A stretch of 32,000 nucleotides of DNA from the NCBI RefSeq assembly GCF_000189295.2, contig NC_016803.1, forward strand, positions 600,001-632,000. Direction: 5' to 3'. The DNA is from Pseudodesulfovibrio mercurii (lineage in GTDB: Bacteria; Desulfobacterota; Desulfovibrionia; Desulfovibrionales; Desulfovibrionaceae). Each line of letters begins with the position of its first letter. The stretch's first letter is position 1. Below are positions 23,255-32,000 of the stretch, piece by piece. Position numbers and translations under genes: made by a program. The notes under the pieces were generated by a model. The model was given only the letters and a program-made list of their open reading frames with translations, was not told where the DNA came from and searched no databases.

Positions 23255-25489
23255 ATGCACACGGTACTTCCAGCGGATATGCTGACCGGCCTGTCGGCCG
23301 GGAGCATGTTGCCCCGGACCCTCGTCCTGATCACCATCCGGGACTACGTCAAGCTCCGGGAAATGTACGGCCAGAGCTTCGTGGACCTGCTCGAAAAGGA
23401 GCTGCGCGACTCCCTGGCCGCCACCGCCGCCGGGAACAACGCGCGCCACGTCCGCGTCTCCCGGCCCGAGCCGGGCAAGGCCGCCTTCCTCGTGCCCCAG
23501 GACAACAACCCGGCGGACATCGCCTACGAATACAAGACCCAGGCCCAGAAGGACCTGGAGCCGACCATGCTCCGCCACACCGGGCTCGGCATCGACCTGG
23601 GCATGGGCTTCGCGCCCATGACCTGCCCGGACGACGAAAACCGCCGGGCGGAGGCCCTGGACCGGGCCCTGCAAACGGCCCGGCGCATGGAGAGCCGCCC
23701 CCTGGACATGAACGAGCTGTCCATCACCGGGCGGTTCAACACCATCCTGGTCCAGGGGTGGGTCTCGGCCCACTATCAGCCCATCCTCGACTTCCGCACG
23801 GACACCATCCTGGGCTGGGAGGCACTGGCGCGCGGGCCCGAGGGCTCGGCCTTCCGCTCACCGGTCATGCTCTTCCAGACCGCCGAGGGACTGGGCCGCC
23901 TGTTCGCCCTGGAAAAACTCTGCCGCGAGGCGGCCATCCGCAACGTGGGCGAGCTGCGCGACGGCCAGAAACTCTTCCTGAACATCCACCCCAAGACCAT
24001 GGCGGACCCGGCCTTCTCCCCCGGCCAGACCCTGGAACTCATGGACAAGTACGGCCTGACCCCGGACAACGTGGTCTTCGAGATCACCGAGCAGCATTCG
24101 GTCCAGGACTTCGACCTGTTCTACCGCACCCTGGCCCACTACCGCAGCCAGGGGTTCCAGATCGCCGTGGACGACGCGGGCGCGGGCTACGCGGGCCTGA
24201 CCCTCATCGCCGAGCTCCAGCCCGACTACATCAAGCTCGACAAGTCGCTCATCGACGACATCCACAAGGACCCGGTCAAGCGCGCCCTGGTCGAGACCAC
24301 GGCCACCTTCGCGGACAAGATCGGCTCGCGGATCATCGGCGAGGGCATTGAGACCCGCGACCAGGCGGTCTGCCTCAAGGACATCGGCGTGCACTGCGGC
24401 CAGGGCTATTTCCTGGCCCGGCCCGCCGCGCCCAAGCCGGACGTCAACGAGGAATGCCGCCACCTCAAGACCGTGGGCGACATCGCCAACAACATCATCT
24501 GCTCCCCGCCCGTGGGCGACCTGGCCAAGGCCCCCCACGCCGTGGAGATGGACTGCCTGGTCTCCACGGCCCACGAGTTCTTCCGCAGGAACGACACTTT
24601 CACCAACATCGTGGTCGTGCGCGACAACGTGCCCAAGGGGCTGGTCATGGAGTACCACCTCAACCGCCAGCTCTCCTCCCAGTTCGGCATCGCCCTGTAC
24701 CACAAGCGGTCCATCGACGCGATCATGGACAAAAGCCCGCTCATCGTGGACGTGGACATGCCCGTGGAACAGGCCGCGCGCACGGCCATGAAGCGCGAAC
24801 ACATCAAGGCCTACGACGACATCATCGTGACCAAAAAAGGACTGCTCTACGGCGTGGTCACGGTCCAGGACCTGCTTAACGTGCTGGCCAAGATACAGGT
24901 GGAGATGGCCAAGGGCACCAACCCCCTGACCGGCCTGCCCGGCAACGTGGCCATCGAACAGGAGGTGGAGTCGCGCATCAAGCAGAAACGCCCCTTCTCC
25001 ATCATCTACGGGGACCTGGACCACTTCAAGGTCTACAACGACACCTACGGCTTCAAGAACGGCGACCGGATCATCAAGCTGGCCGCGGACATCATGTCAT
25101 GGGCCACGCGCAAGCACGCCCCCAGCGACGCCCGCCTGTGCCACATCGGCGGCGACGACTTCGTGCTCATCACCCCGCCCGACGCCGTGCGCAGACTGTG
25201 CGCCTCCATCACCCGCTGTTTCGGACGCTTGGTCAGGAACTGCTACTGCCTCGAAGACCAGCAACGCGGCTGGATACAGGCCAAGGGTCGCGACGACAAG
25301 GAACGCAAATACCCCCTGGTGACCATCTCCCTCGGCGTCATCGAGATCGACGGCCCCTGCTCCCTCATGGAGATCGGCGAACGCGCCGCGCACATCAAGA
25401 AATACGCCAAGTCCATCCCCGGCAACTCCGTGGCCATCGACCGCCGCCCCGCCGTGGGCAAGGTCGAATCGGCTGCCGTCTGCAAATGA
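23255..25489 (+). CDS. c-di-GMP signalling protein: degenerate GGDEF-like / EAL / CBS pair / GGDEF (GGDDF)
   Basis: EAL-domain motifs: EALAR, NIHP, EITEQ, DDAGAGY, KLDKSLI, GEGIET, GQGYF. A CBS pair covers roughly residues 430-550. The C-terminal GGDEF domain has NPLTGLPGN, DLDHFKVYNDTYGF and HIGGDDF. The ATG at 23255 is 7 nt after GGGGA; an ATG at 23249 is also possible. The track start at 22931 lies inside accAD and reads through its terminator. Confidence 0.9.
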   Translation: MHTVLPADMLTGLSAGSMLPRTLVLITIRDYVKLREMYGQSFVDLLEKELRDSLAATAAGNNARHVRVSRPEPGKAAFLVPQDNNPADIAYEYKTQAQKDLEPTMLRHTGLGIDLGMGFAPMTCPDDENRRAEALDRALQTARRMESRPLDMNELSITGRFNTILVQGWVSAHYQPILDFRTDTILGWEALARGPEGSAFRSPVMLFQTAEGLGRLFALEKLCREAAIRNVGELRDGQKLFLNIHPKTMADPAFSPGQTLELMDKYGLTPDNVVFEITEQHSVQDFDLFYRTLAHYRSQGFQIAVDDAGAGYAGLTLIAELQPDYIKLDKSLIDDIHKDPVKRALVETTATFADKIGSRIIGEGIETRDQAVCLKDIGVHCGQGYFLARPAAPKPDVNEECRHLKTVGDIANNIICSPPVGDLAKAPHAVEMDCLVSTAHEFFRRNDTFTNIVVVRDNVPKGLVMEYHLNRQLSSQFGIALYHKRSIDAIMDKSPLIVDVDMPVEQAARTAMKREHIKAYDDIIVTKKGLLYGVVTVQDLLNVLAKIQVEMAKGTNPLTGLPGNVAIEQEVESRIKQKRPFSIIYGDLDHFKVYNDTYGFKNGDRIIKLAADIMSWATRKHAPSDARLCHIGGDDFVLITPPDAVRRLCASITRCFGRLVRNCYCLEDQQRGWIQAKGRDDKERKYPLVTISLGVIEIDGPCSLMEIGERAAHIKKYAKSIPGNSVAIDRRPAVGKVESAAVCK

Positions 25490-25538
25490 TGTTTTGTTAA
25501 AGTGAGACTTAAAGGCCGCTGCGCGATCGTGGACGGAT

Positions 25539-25844
25539 GATGCCTCCGGCGGCCAGGGCGCTGCCCAGGACCCGCTTAAGAACCTCTTGAAAGAGGTTCT
25601 TAAGAATCTCCAGAACTTTTTGGTTCCGCTTCGCGGCCTGCGAGGACGTAATTTCTTCTTTTTATGCCCCTTACTCTCGCTCCAGACGGAATTTCCCTTT
25701 CAAACCATCCCCCCGCTCCCCTCCCCGCGAAGCGGCGCCAAAAAGTTTAGGAGGGGAGAGGGGATGGAGGTCCGGGGGAAGGGGAGAGGGAAAGCCCTTT
25801 TCAAAGGGTTTCCCTCTCCCTTCCCCCGGCCGCCGGAGGCATCC
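25539..25844. mobile_element. About 300-bp MITE/BIME-like palindromic element, copy 2 (inverted relative to copy 1)
   Basis: TIRs GATGCCTCCGGCGGCC (25539-25554) and GGCCGCCGGAGGCATCC (25828-25844). Short hairpin 25575-25604 and long hairpin 25772-25829. Subterminal boxes AACTTTTTGGTTCCGCTTCGCGG and CCGCGAAGCGGCGCCAAAAAGTTT. Confidence 0.6.
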
Positions 25845-25849
25845 ACAAC

Positions 25850-25879
25850 AAAAAAGGGCCGGTGCAACCGGCCCTTTTT
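25850..25879. terminator. Bidirectional intrinsic terminator
   Basis: A6-GGGCCGG-TGCAA-CCGGCCC-T5, between the GGDEF/EAL gene (+) and ettA (-). Confidence 0.75.
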
Positions 25880-25891
25880 CGTTGATGCAGC

Positions 25892-27574
<1,683 letters not shown>

Positions 27575-27618
27575 GTATGGAGAACCTCGTTGAAAGTGAA
27601 TGTCGTGCAGCAGTGGCC

Positions 27619-28449
27619 CTAGGTATACGACTGCAACACCGCTTTCAAGTCGTTTTTGTCATAGGCGTGGTCGGCCAGCCGGTCGCCGTGGGCGAAGACC
27701 GGCTTGTCCGCGCGGTACAGGACGCCCAGGGGGATGCGCTCGCCGAACTCCTCGCTCAGGGCCATGGCCGACGCCCAGTCCGTGGGGTCGTGGTCTTCGA
27801 GGATGTAGGTCCGCTCCTTGTACCAGGCGTAGGTGTTGACCTTGTTGAAGGAGACGCAGGGCTGGAGGATGTCCACCAGGGAGAACCCCCTGTGGGCCAT
27901 GGCCTCCTTGATGACCGCCACCAGGTGTTCGGGCTCGCCGGAGAAGGCCCTGGCCACGAAGCTCGCCTTCATGGCCACGGCCGTGGCCACGGGGTTGAAG
28001 CCGTCGGACCGGTTGCCTTCGGGCTGGGCCTTGGTCACGTGGCCGCGCGCCGAGGTCGGGCTGGCCTGGCCCTTGGTCAGGCCGTAGATCTGGTTGTCGT
28101 GGACGAGGACGGTCAGGTCCATGTTGCGCCTGACGGCGGCCAGAAAGTGGTTGCCGCCCTCGCCGTAGCTGCACCCGTCGCCCGAGGAGACGAGCACGCG
28201 CAGGCCCGGATTGGCCATCTTGATGCCTTGGGCCACGGGCAGGGACCGGCCGTGCAGGCCGTTGAACATGTTGCAGCGCAGGTAGTGCGGCAGCTTGGCC
28301 GCCTGGCCGATGCCCGAGGAGATGACGATGTCGCGGGGCGCGAGGTCCTGTTCGGCCAGGGCCTGCTTGAGGCACTTGAGGATGGAGAAGTTGCCGCAGC
28401 CGGGGCACCACGCGGTCTCGAATTCGCCGTATTCTTCGATGGAAACCAT
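27619..28449 (-). CDS. 2-oxoacid:ferredoxin oxidoreductase, beta (TPP-binding) subunit
   Basis: N-terminal WCPGCGN motif and TPP-binding SSGDGCSYGEGGNH. 276 aa. Starts 15 nt after the alpha-subunit stop, with GGGAG upstream. Confidence 0.9.
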   Translation of the reverse strand: MVSIEEYGEFETAWCPGCGNFSILKCLKQALAEQDLAPRDIVISSGIGQAAKLPHYLRCNMFNGLHGRSLPVAQGIKMANPGLRVLVSSGDGCSYGEGGNHFLAAVRRNMDLTVLVHDNQIYGLTKGQASPTSARGHVTKAQPEGNRSDGFNPVATAVAMKASFVARAFSGEPEHLVAVIKEAMAHRGFSLVDILQPCVSFNKVNTYAWYKERTYILEDHDPTDWASAMALSEEFGERIPLGVLYRADKPVFAHGDRLADHAYDKNDLKAVLQSYT

Positions 28450-28464
28450 ATGTCGCTCCCTGGT

Positions 28465-30150
28465 CTAGAGGATGTCGGAAAGGCCCTTGAGCACGTATTC
28501 CCAGGTCATGGCCCGGCCGTCGAAACGCAGGATGCGGTCCTTGACGGCGAAGCCGGTTTCCCGGGCGAGGAGCCCGGCGAACTGGGCCGTGGCGTTGCCC
28601 TCCACGGCGATGACCGTGCCCGCGCTTTCCAGGAAGTCCATGAACTGTTCCTCGCGCAGGGGGTAGACCTGCTTGAAGTGCAGCACGCCGAAGGTCTTGT
28701 TCGAGTCGATGCGCTCGCAGGCCTCGATGCAGGCGCCCAGGGTGGGCCCCCAGCAGACCAAAACCACGTCGGCCCCCTCCTCGCCGTAGTAGTCGGGGCC
28801 GATGACCTCCTCGAACAGGCCGGACTCCTTGCGCAGCCGCTTGGAGTTCATGGCCACGCGGATGGCCTTGTCCTCGGTGATGTGGGAGTTTTCCTCGTGC
28901 TCGTGGGAATCGGCCCGGACCAGGGCCTCGGTCACGCCGGGGATCAGGCGCGGCGAGATGCCGTCGTCGGTCAGGGCGTAGCGCTTGTACTCGCCGCCCT
29001 GCCAGGCGAGGAGCGGCCCGGCCACTTCGGGCAGGTCGTCCAGGTCGAAGGGCTCCACGTCGCGGAAGGAGTCGGCCAGGTACTGCTCGGACAGGATGAA
29101 GATCGGGGTCTGGTAGGTCTCGGCCAGGTCAAAGGCCCGGTGGGTCAGGTAGAAGCAGTCCTCGGGCGTGGCCGGGGCGAAGATGGCCCTGGGGAACTCG
29201 CCGTGCCCGGCGTGGAGCACCAGGTTGAGGTCCGCCTGTTCGGTGCGGGTGGGCAACCCCGTGGCCGGGCCGGGCCGCTGGACCACCACACAGACGATGG
29301 GGGTCTCGGACACGCCGGCCAGGCTGACGGCCTCCTCCATGAGGGCGAAGCCGCCGCCCGAGGTGGTCACCAGGGCGCGGGCACCGGCGTAGGACGCGCC
29401 GAGCGCCATGTTCATGGCCGCGATCTCGTCCTCGACCTGCTCGTATTGCAGCCCCAGCGGCGCGCCCTTGGCGATGAGGGTCATGGCCACGCCCGTGGAC
29501 GGGGTCATGGGATAGAAGGACACGAAATTGCAGCCCGCGGCCAGGGCGCCCAGGCCGATGGCCTCGTTGCCGTTGAGCATCATCCGGCCACGGGTACCGG
29601 CCGGGGTCACGGCGCAGGTGAAATCGTGGTCCTGCTCCGCGACCCAGGCGTAAGCCCTGCGCAGGACCTCAAGGTTGGCCTCGACCACCTCGCCGCCCTT
29701 CCTGGCGAAGGTCTGGGACAGCAGCTCCTCAAGGATGGCGAGGTCCAGGTTCACGGCCCGGCCGAGCACGCCGAGCATGGCCGTGTTGTGGAACAGCGGC
29801 TTGGGCGCGAGGTCGGCGTAGGGGATGCGCAGTGCGTTCAGGCCCGTGGTGTCGAGGTCGGCCCCGGCCACGACCAGACCGCCCCGGTTCAGGGCGCCGA
29901 GGTGCTTGTCCAGGGTCTGGGCGTCGAGGGCGGCCAGGATGTCGATGGCCTCGGTCCCGCCGAGCAGTTCCTCCCCGCTGATGCGGACGGCGTAGGAATT
30001 GTGCCCGCCGCGCACCCTGGACATGTAGCGCTGGGTGACCACGAGGTGGTATCCGGCCCTGGTGACGGCCCTGGAGAGCAACTGGCCGATGGTCACGAGC
30101 CCCTGGCCCGCGGCGCCGCCGATGACGATGTTGATGCTTTTTCCCTGCAT
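28465..30150 (-). CDS. 2-oxoacid:ferredoxin oxidoreductase, alpha subunit with N-terminal gamma-like domain
   Basis: MQGKSINIVIGGAAGQGLVTIG... (gamma-type POR domain) is followed by an alpha-type domain (NGNEAIGLGALAAGCNFVSFYPMTPST). The ATG at 30150 has GGAG upstream. The track's longer N-terminus runs through the ferritin terminator. Confidence 0.9.
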   Translation of the reverse strand: MQGKSINIVIGGAAGQGLVTIGQLLSRAVTRAGYHLVVTQRYMSRVRGGHNSYAVRISGEELLGGTEAIDILAALDAQTLDKHLGALNRGGLVVAGADLDTTGLNALRIPYADLAPKPLFHNTAMLGVLGRAVNLDLAILEELLSQTFARKGGEVVEANLEVLRRAYAWVAEQDHDFTCAVTPAGTRGRMMLNGNEAIGLGALAAGCNFVSFYPMTPSTGVAMTLIAKGAPLGLQYEQVEDEIAAMNMALGASYAGARALVTTSGGGFALMEEAVSLAGVSETPIVCVVVQRPGPATGLPTRTEQADLNLVLHAGHGEFPRAIFAPATPEDCFYLTHRAFDLAETYQTPIFILSEQYLADSFRDVEPFDLDDLPEVAGPLLAWQGGEYKRYALTDDGISPRLIPGVTEALVRADSHEHEENSHITEDKAIRVAMNSKRLRKESGLFEEVIGPDYYGEEGADVVLVCWGPTLGACIEACERIDSNKTFGVLHFKQVYPLREEQFMDFLESAGTVIAVEGNATAQFAGLLARETGFAVKDRILRFDGRAMTWEYVLKGLSDIL

Positions 30151-30170
30151 GCCTGCTCCGGGTTGCGGTA

Positions 30171-30208
30171 ACAAAAAGGCCGGGAGAACGGCTTGCATTC
30201 TCCCGGCC
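30171..30208 (-). terminator. Intrinsic terminator of the ferritin gene
   Basis: On the minus strand, a perfect 11-bp stem GGCCGGGAGAA / TTCTCCCGGCC with a 9-nt loop is followed by TTTTTGTT. Confidence 0.75.
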
Positions 30209-30223
30209 GGTCGGTGTGGTCGG

Positions 30224-30730
30224 TTAGGCGTTGGTCGGCGGGGTGAAGACCCTGGTGCCGAGGTCGCGGTCGAGCATGAACAGCCCGCCGCCGTCGCCGA
30301 CGAGCTTGAGCTTGCCCACGGCATCGCCGACGCTCTCCTCTTCCTCGACCTGCTCGGAGATGAACCACTGCAGGAAGATGCCCACGGCGTGGTTGCGCTC
30401 CTGCACGGCCAGGTCGGCGATCTTGTTGATGCGCGCGGTCACGCCCTTCTCGTGTTCCAGGGCGTCCTCGAAAGCGGCCAGGGGGGACTCCCAGTCATGC
30501 TGCGGGGCCTCGATGGTGCCGAGCTTGGCGTGGCCGCCCGCGTTGTTGATGTAGTTGAAGAAGCGCATGGCGTGGAACATCTCTTCCTGGTACTGGGCGT
30601 TCATCCAGGCGGCGAACCCGGACAGTCCCACATGGGTGAAATGGGAGGCCATGGAAAGATAGAGGTTGGCGGAATAGATTTCCCAGTTCATCTGATCGTT
30701 GAGCGCATCTTCCAATTTTTCGCTGAGCAT
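30224..30730 (-). CDS. Ferritin (bacterial non-haem type)
   Basis: 168 aa. MLSEKLEDALNDQMNWEIYSANLYLSMASHF...QEEMFHAMRFFNYI...EHEKGVTARI shows the ferroxidase-centre Glu/His pattern of Ftn. AAGGAGA lies 9 nt upstream of the ATG at 30730. Confidence 0.9.
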   Translation of the reverse strand: MLSEKLEDALNDQMNWEIYSANLYLSMASHFTHVGLSGFAAWMNAQYQEEMFHAMRFFNYINNAGGHAKLGTIEAPQHDWESPLAAFEDALEHEKGVTARINKIADLAVQERNHAVGIFLQWFISEQVEEEESVGDAVGKLKLVGDGGGLFMLDRDLGTRVFTPPTNA

Positions 30731-30802
30731 GACTGAAGTCTCCTTGACTGTATTGTTTTTGTAGGTGCGGGCGGGGCGCGCCATCGCCCCTCGTCCCAGT
30801 GG

Positions 30803-30819
30803 GTGATAATAAGCATCAC
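30803..30819. promoter_or_regulatory. Palindrome GTGAT-N7-ATCAC overlapping a TATTAT -10-like hexamer upstream of ferritin
   Basis: GTGATAATAAGCATCAC. On the minus strand the -10-like TATTAT (30806-30811) lies inside the palindrome, about 75 nt upstream of the ferritin ATG. Confidence 0.25.
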
Positions 30820-30913
30820 AAGCAAAAAGGCCAGAGCATGCTAGACCATTTTTTCGCTGTTTTTGCAAGTCGCCACGGTCTGCGACGGAACGGCGTCGCC
30901 CGGCCCCGCGCGG

Positions 30914-32000
30914 CTAGTAGAGGCGATTCTGGTCGAAGATGGCCCGCAGCCGGTAGGCGAGGTGCGTGTTGCGGTTGCCCGAGGTGGCGTTGGCCAGGCC
31001 GATGCGGAAGGCCCGATCCGAGCCGATGAGCACGGCCAGTTCGCGGGCGCGGGTCAGGCCGGTGTAGAGCAGGTTGCGCTGCAACAGCAGGAAATGCTGG
31101 GTGACGATGGGCATGACCACGGCCGGGTACTCGCTGCCCTGGGACTTGTGCACGGAGACCGCGTAGGCCAGGCCCAGTTCGTCCAGCTCCGAGGCCTCGA
31201 AGTGCACCAGGTTGCCGTCGAACTCGACCATCAGCTCCTGCTCCTCGGGATCGACCTCGGATATCCAGCCCAGGTCGCCGTTGAACACTTCTTTGTCGTA
31301 GTTGTTCTTGAGCTGGATGACCCGGTCCCCTTCCCGGAAGGTGGCGAACTTGCGCTTGAGCTCGCGCACGCCCGGACCCGGCGGGTTGAGGCGCGCCTGG
31401 AGGGCCGCGTTCAGGGCCTGGGTGCCGACCTCGCCCTTGTGCATGGGGGTGAGCACCTGAATGTCGCGCAACGGGTCCAGGCCGTAGCGCTCGGGGATGC
31501 GTTCGCAGACCGAGTCGAGGATGAGCCGCTGGACCTTGGCCGGGTCCTCCTGGGGAATCCAGTAGAAGTCCGCCTCGGGCGGCGGGCACGGGTGCTGGCG
31601 CGGAAACTTGCCCTCGTTGATCAGGTGGGCGTTGACCACGATGAAGCTCTCCTGGGCCTGGCGGAAGATGTGCGTCAGCACGGCGCAGGGCACGCGGCGG
31701 GACTCGATGAGGTCGCCCAGGACGTTGCCCGGCCCCACGCTGGGCAGCTGGTTCACGTCGCCCACCAGGATCAGGCGGCAGGTGTGCGGCAGGGCCCGCA
31801 GGATGGAGACGAAGAGCTGGGCGTCCACCATGGAGGCCTCGTCCACCACGAGCACGTCGGCCTTGAGCTTCTGGTCCTCGCAGTAGTGGAACCCGCCGTC
31901 GGGCTGGAACTGGAGCATGCGGTGCACGGTCTTGGCCGGGTGGCCGGTGGCCTCGGCCATGCGCTTGGCCGCCCTGCCCGTGGGCGCGGCCTGCTTGACC
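30914..32000 (-). CDS. recD2: RecD2-like SF1B ATP-dependent DNA helicase (5' end outside the window)
   Basis: The frame is open to the window edge. Motifs: AAPTGRAAKRM, VVDEASMVD, LILVGDVNQLPSVGPG, SVHKSQGSEYP, LLYTGLTRAR. Confidence 0.9.
   Translation of the reverse strand, partial: VKQAAPTGRAAKRMAEATGHPAKTVHRMLQFQPDGGFHYCEDQKLKADVLVVDEASMVDAQLFVSILRALPHTCRLILVGDVNQLPSVGPGNVLGDLIESRRVPCAVLTHIFRQAQESFIVVNAHLINEGKFPRQHPCPPPEADFYWIPQEDPAKVQRLILDSVCERIPERYGLDPLRDIQVLTPMHKGEVGTQALNAALQARLNPPGPGVRELKRKFATFREGDRVIQLKNNYDKEVFNGDLGWISEVDPEEQELMVEFDGNLVHFEASELDELGLAYAVSVHKSQGSEYPAVVMPIVTQHFLLLQRNLLYTGLTRARELAVLIGSDRAFRIGLANATSGNRNTHLAYRLRAIFDQNRLY

Noticed and set aside
17475-25844. CRISPR array formed by the repeated palindromes
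   Set aside because: There are only two loci, 8 kb apart. Each is an inverted pair rather than regularly spaced direct repeats, and no cas genes are present.
30151-30324. Upstream extension of the oxidoreductase alpha ORF, and extension of the ferritin ORF to 30868
   Set aside because: The first runs through the ferritin terminator and into the ferritin gene. The second adds 46 non-conserved residues upstream of an ATG that has a strong AAGGAGA SD.

Overview
High-GC chromosome segment, probably Desulfovibrio-like. That is an inference from the D. gigas-type 59-aa ferredoxin, the fused accA-accD gene and 2-oxoacid:ferredoxin oxidoreductase genes. The window has two parts.

(1) Bases 1 to about 8700 look like an accessory island of mosaic composition. 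It holds a truncated CDS, iteron-like direct repeats, an orphan Rep-like protein, an unannotated 37-aa basic ORF, and a minus-strand type I restriction-modification operon in the order hsdR, small tandem C2H2 zinc-finger gene, hsdM, hsdS. All junctions in that operon are translationally coupled. The zinc-finger gene is the best candidate for something new: it is low in G+C and sits exactly between hsdR and hsdM. A candidate operator (tandem 9-bp repeat) and an orphan, strongly terminated, structured segment lie next to the hsdR promoter.

(2) Bases about 8750 to 32000 are core-like genes:
- Small and transport genes: a small hypothetical protein, a TSCPD/TIGR03905 protein, a small membrane protein, a ZupT-like ZIP transporter, an ATL (PWHRV) protein, an EamA transporter, a DUF1499 lipoprotein, a ferredoxin missed by the ORF track, and a TSUP exporter.
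- Signalling genes: a CHASE2 nucleotide cyclase and a four-module c-di-GMP protein (degenerate GGDEF / EAL / CBS pair / GGDDF).
- Metabolic and other genes: a FAD/NAD oxidoreductase, accC plus fused accA-accD, ettA, 2-oxoacid:ferredoxin oxidoreductase alpha/beta, ferritin, and a truncated recD2-like helicase.

Two non-genic observations stand out. A roughly 300-bp MITE/BIME-like palindromic element occurs twice in opposite orientation, each time between the stop codon of a cyclic-nucleotide signalling gene and a bidirectional terminator. An unusually long (about 1.25 kb) ORF-free, hairpin-rich region lies at 9616-10866.

Many long ORFs in the track are antisense shadows typical of high-GC DNA and were rejected. 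Family assignments come from motif recognition by eye; no database search was possible.
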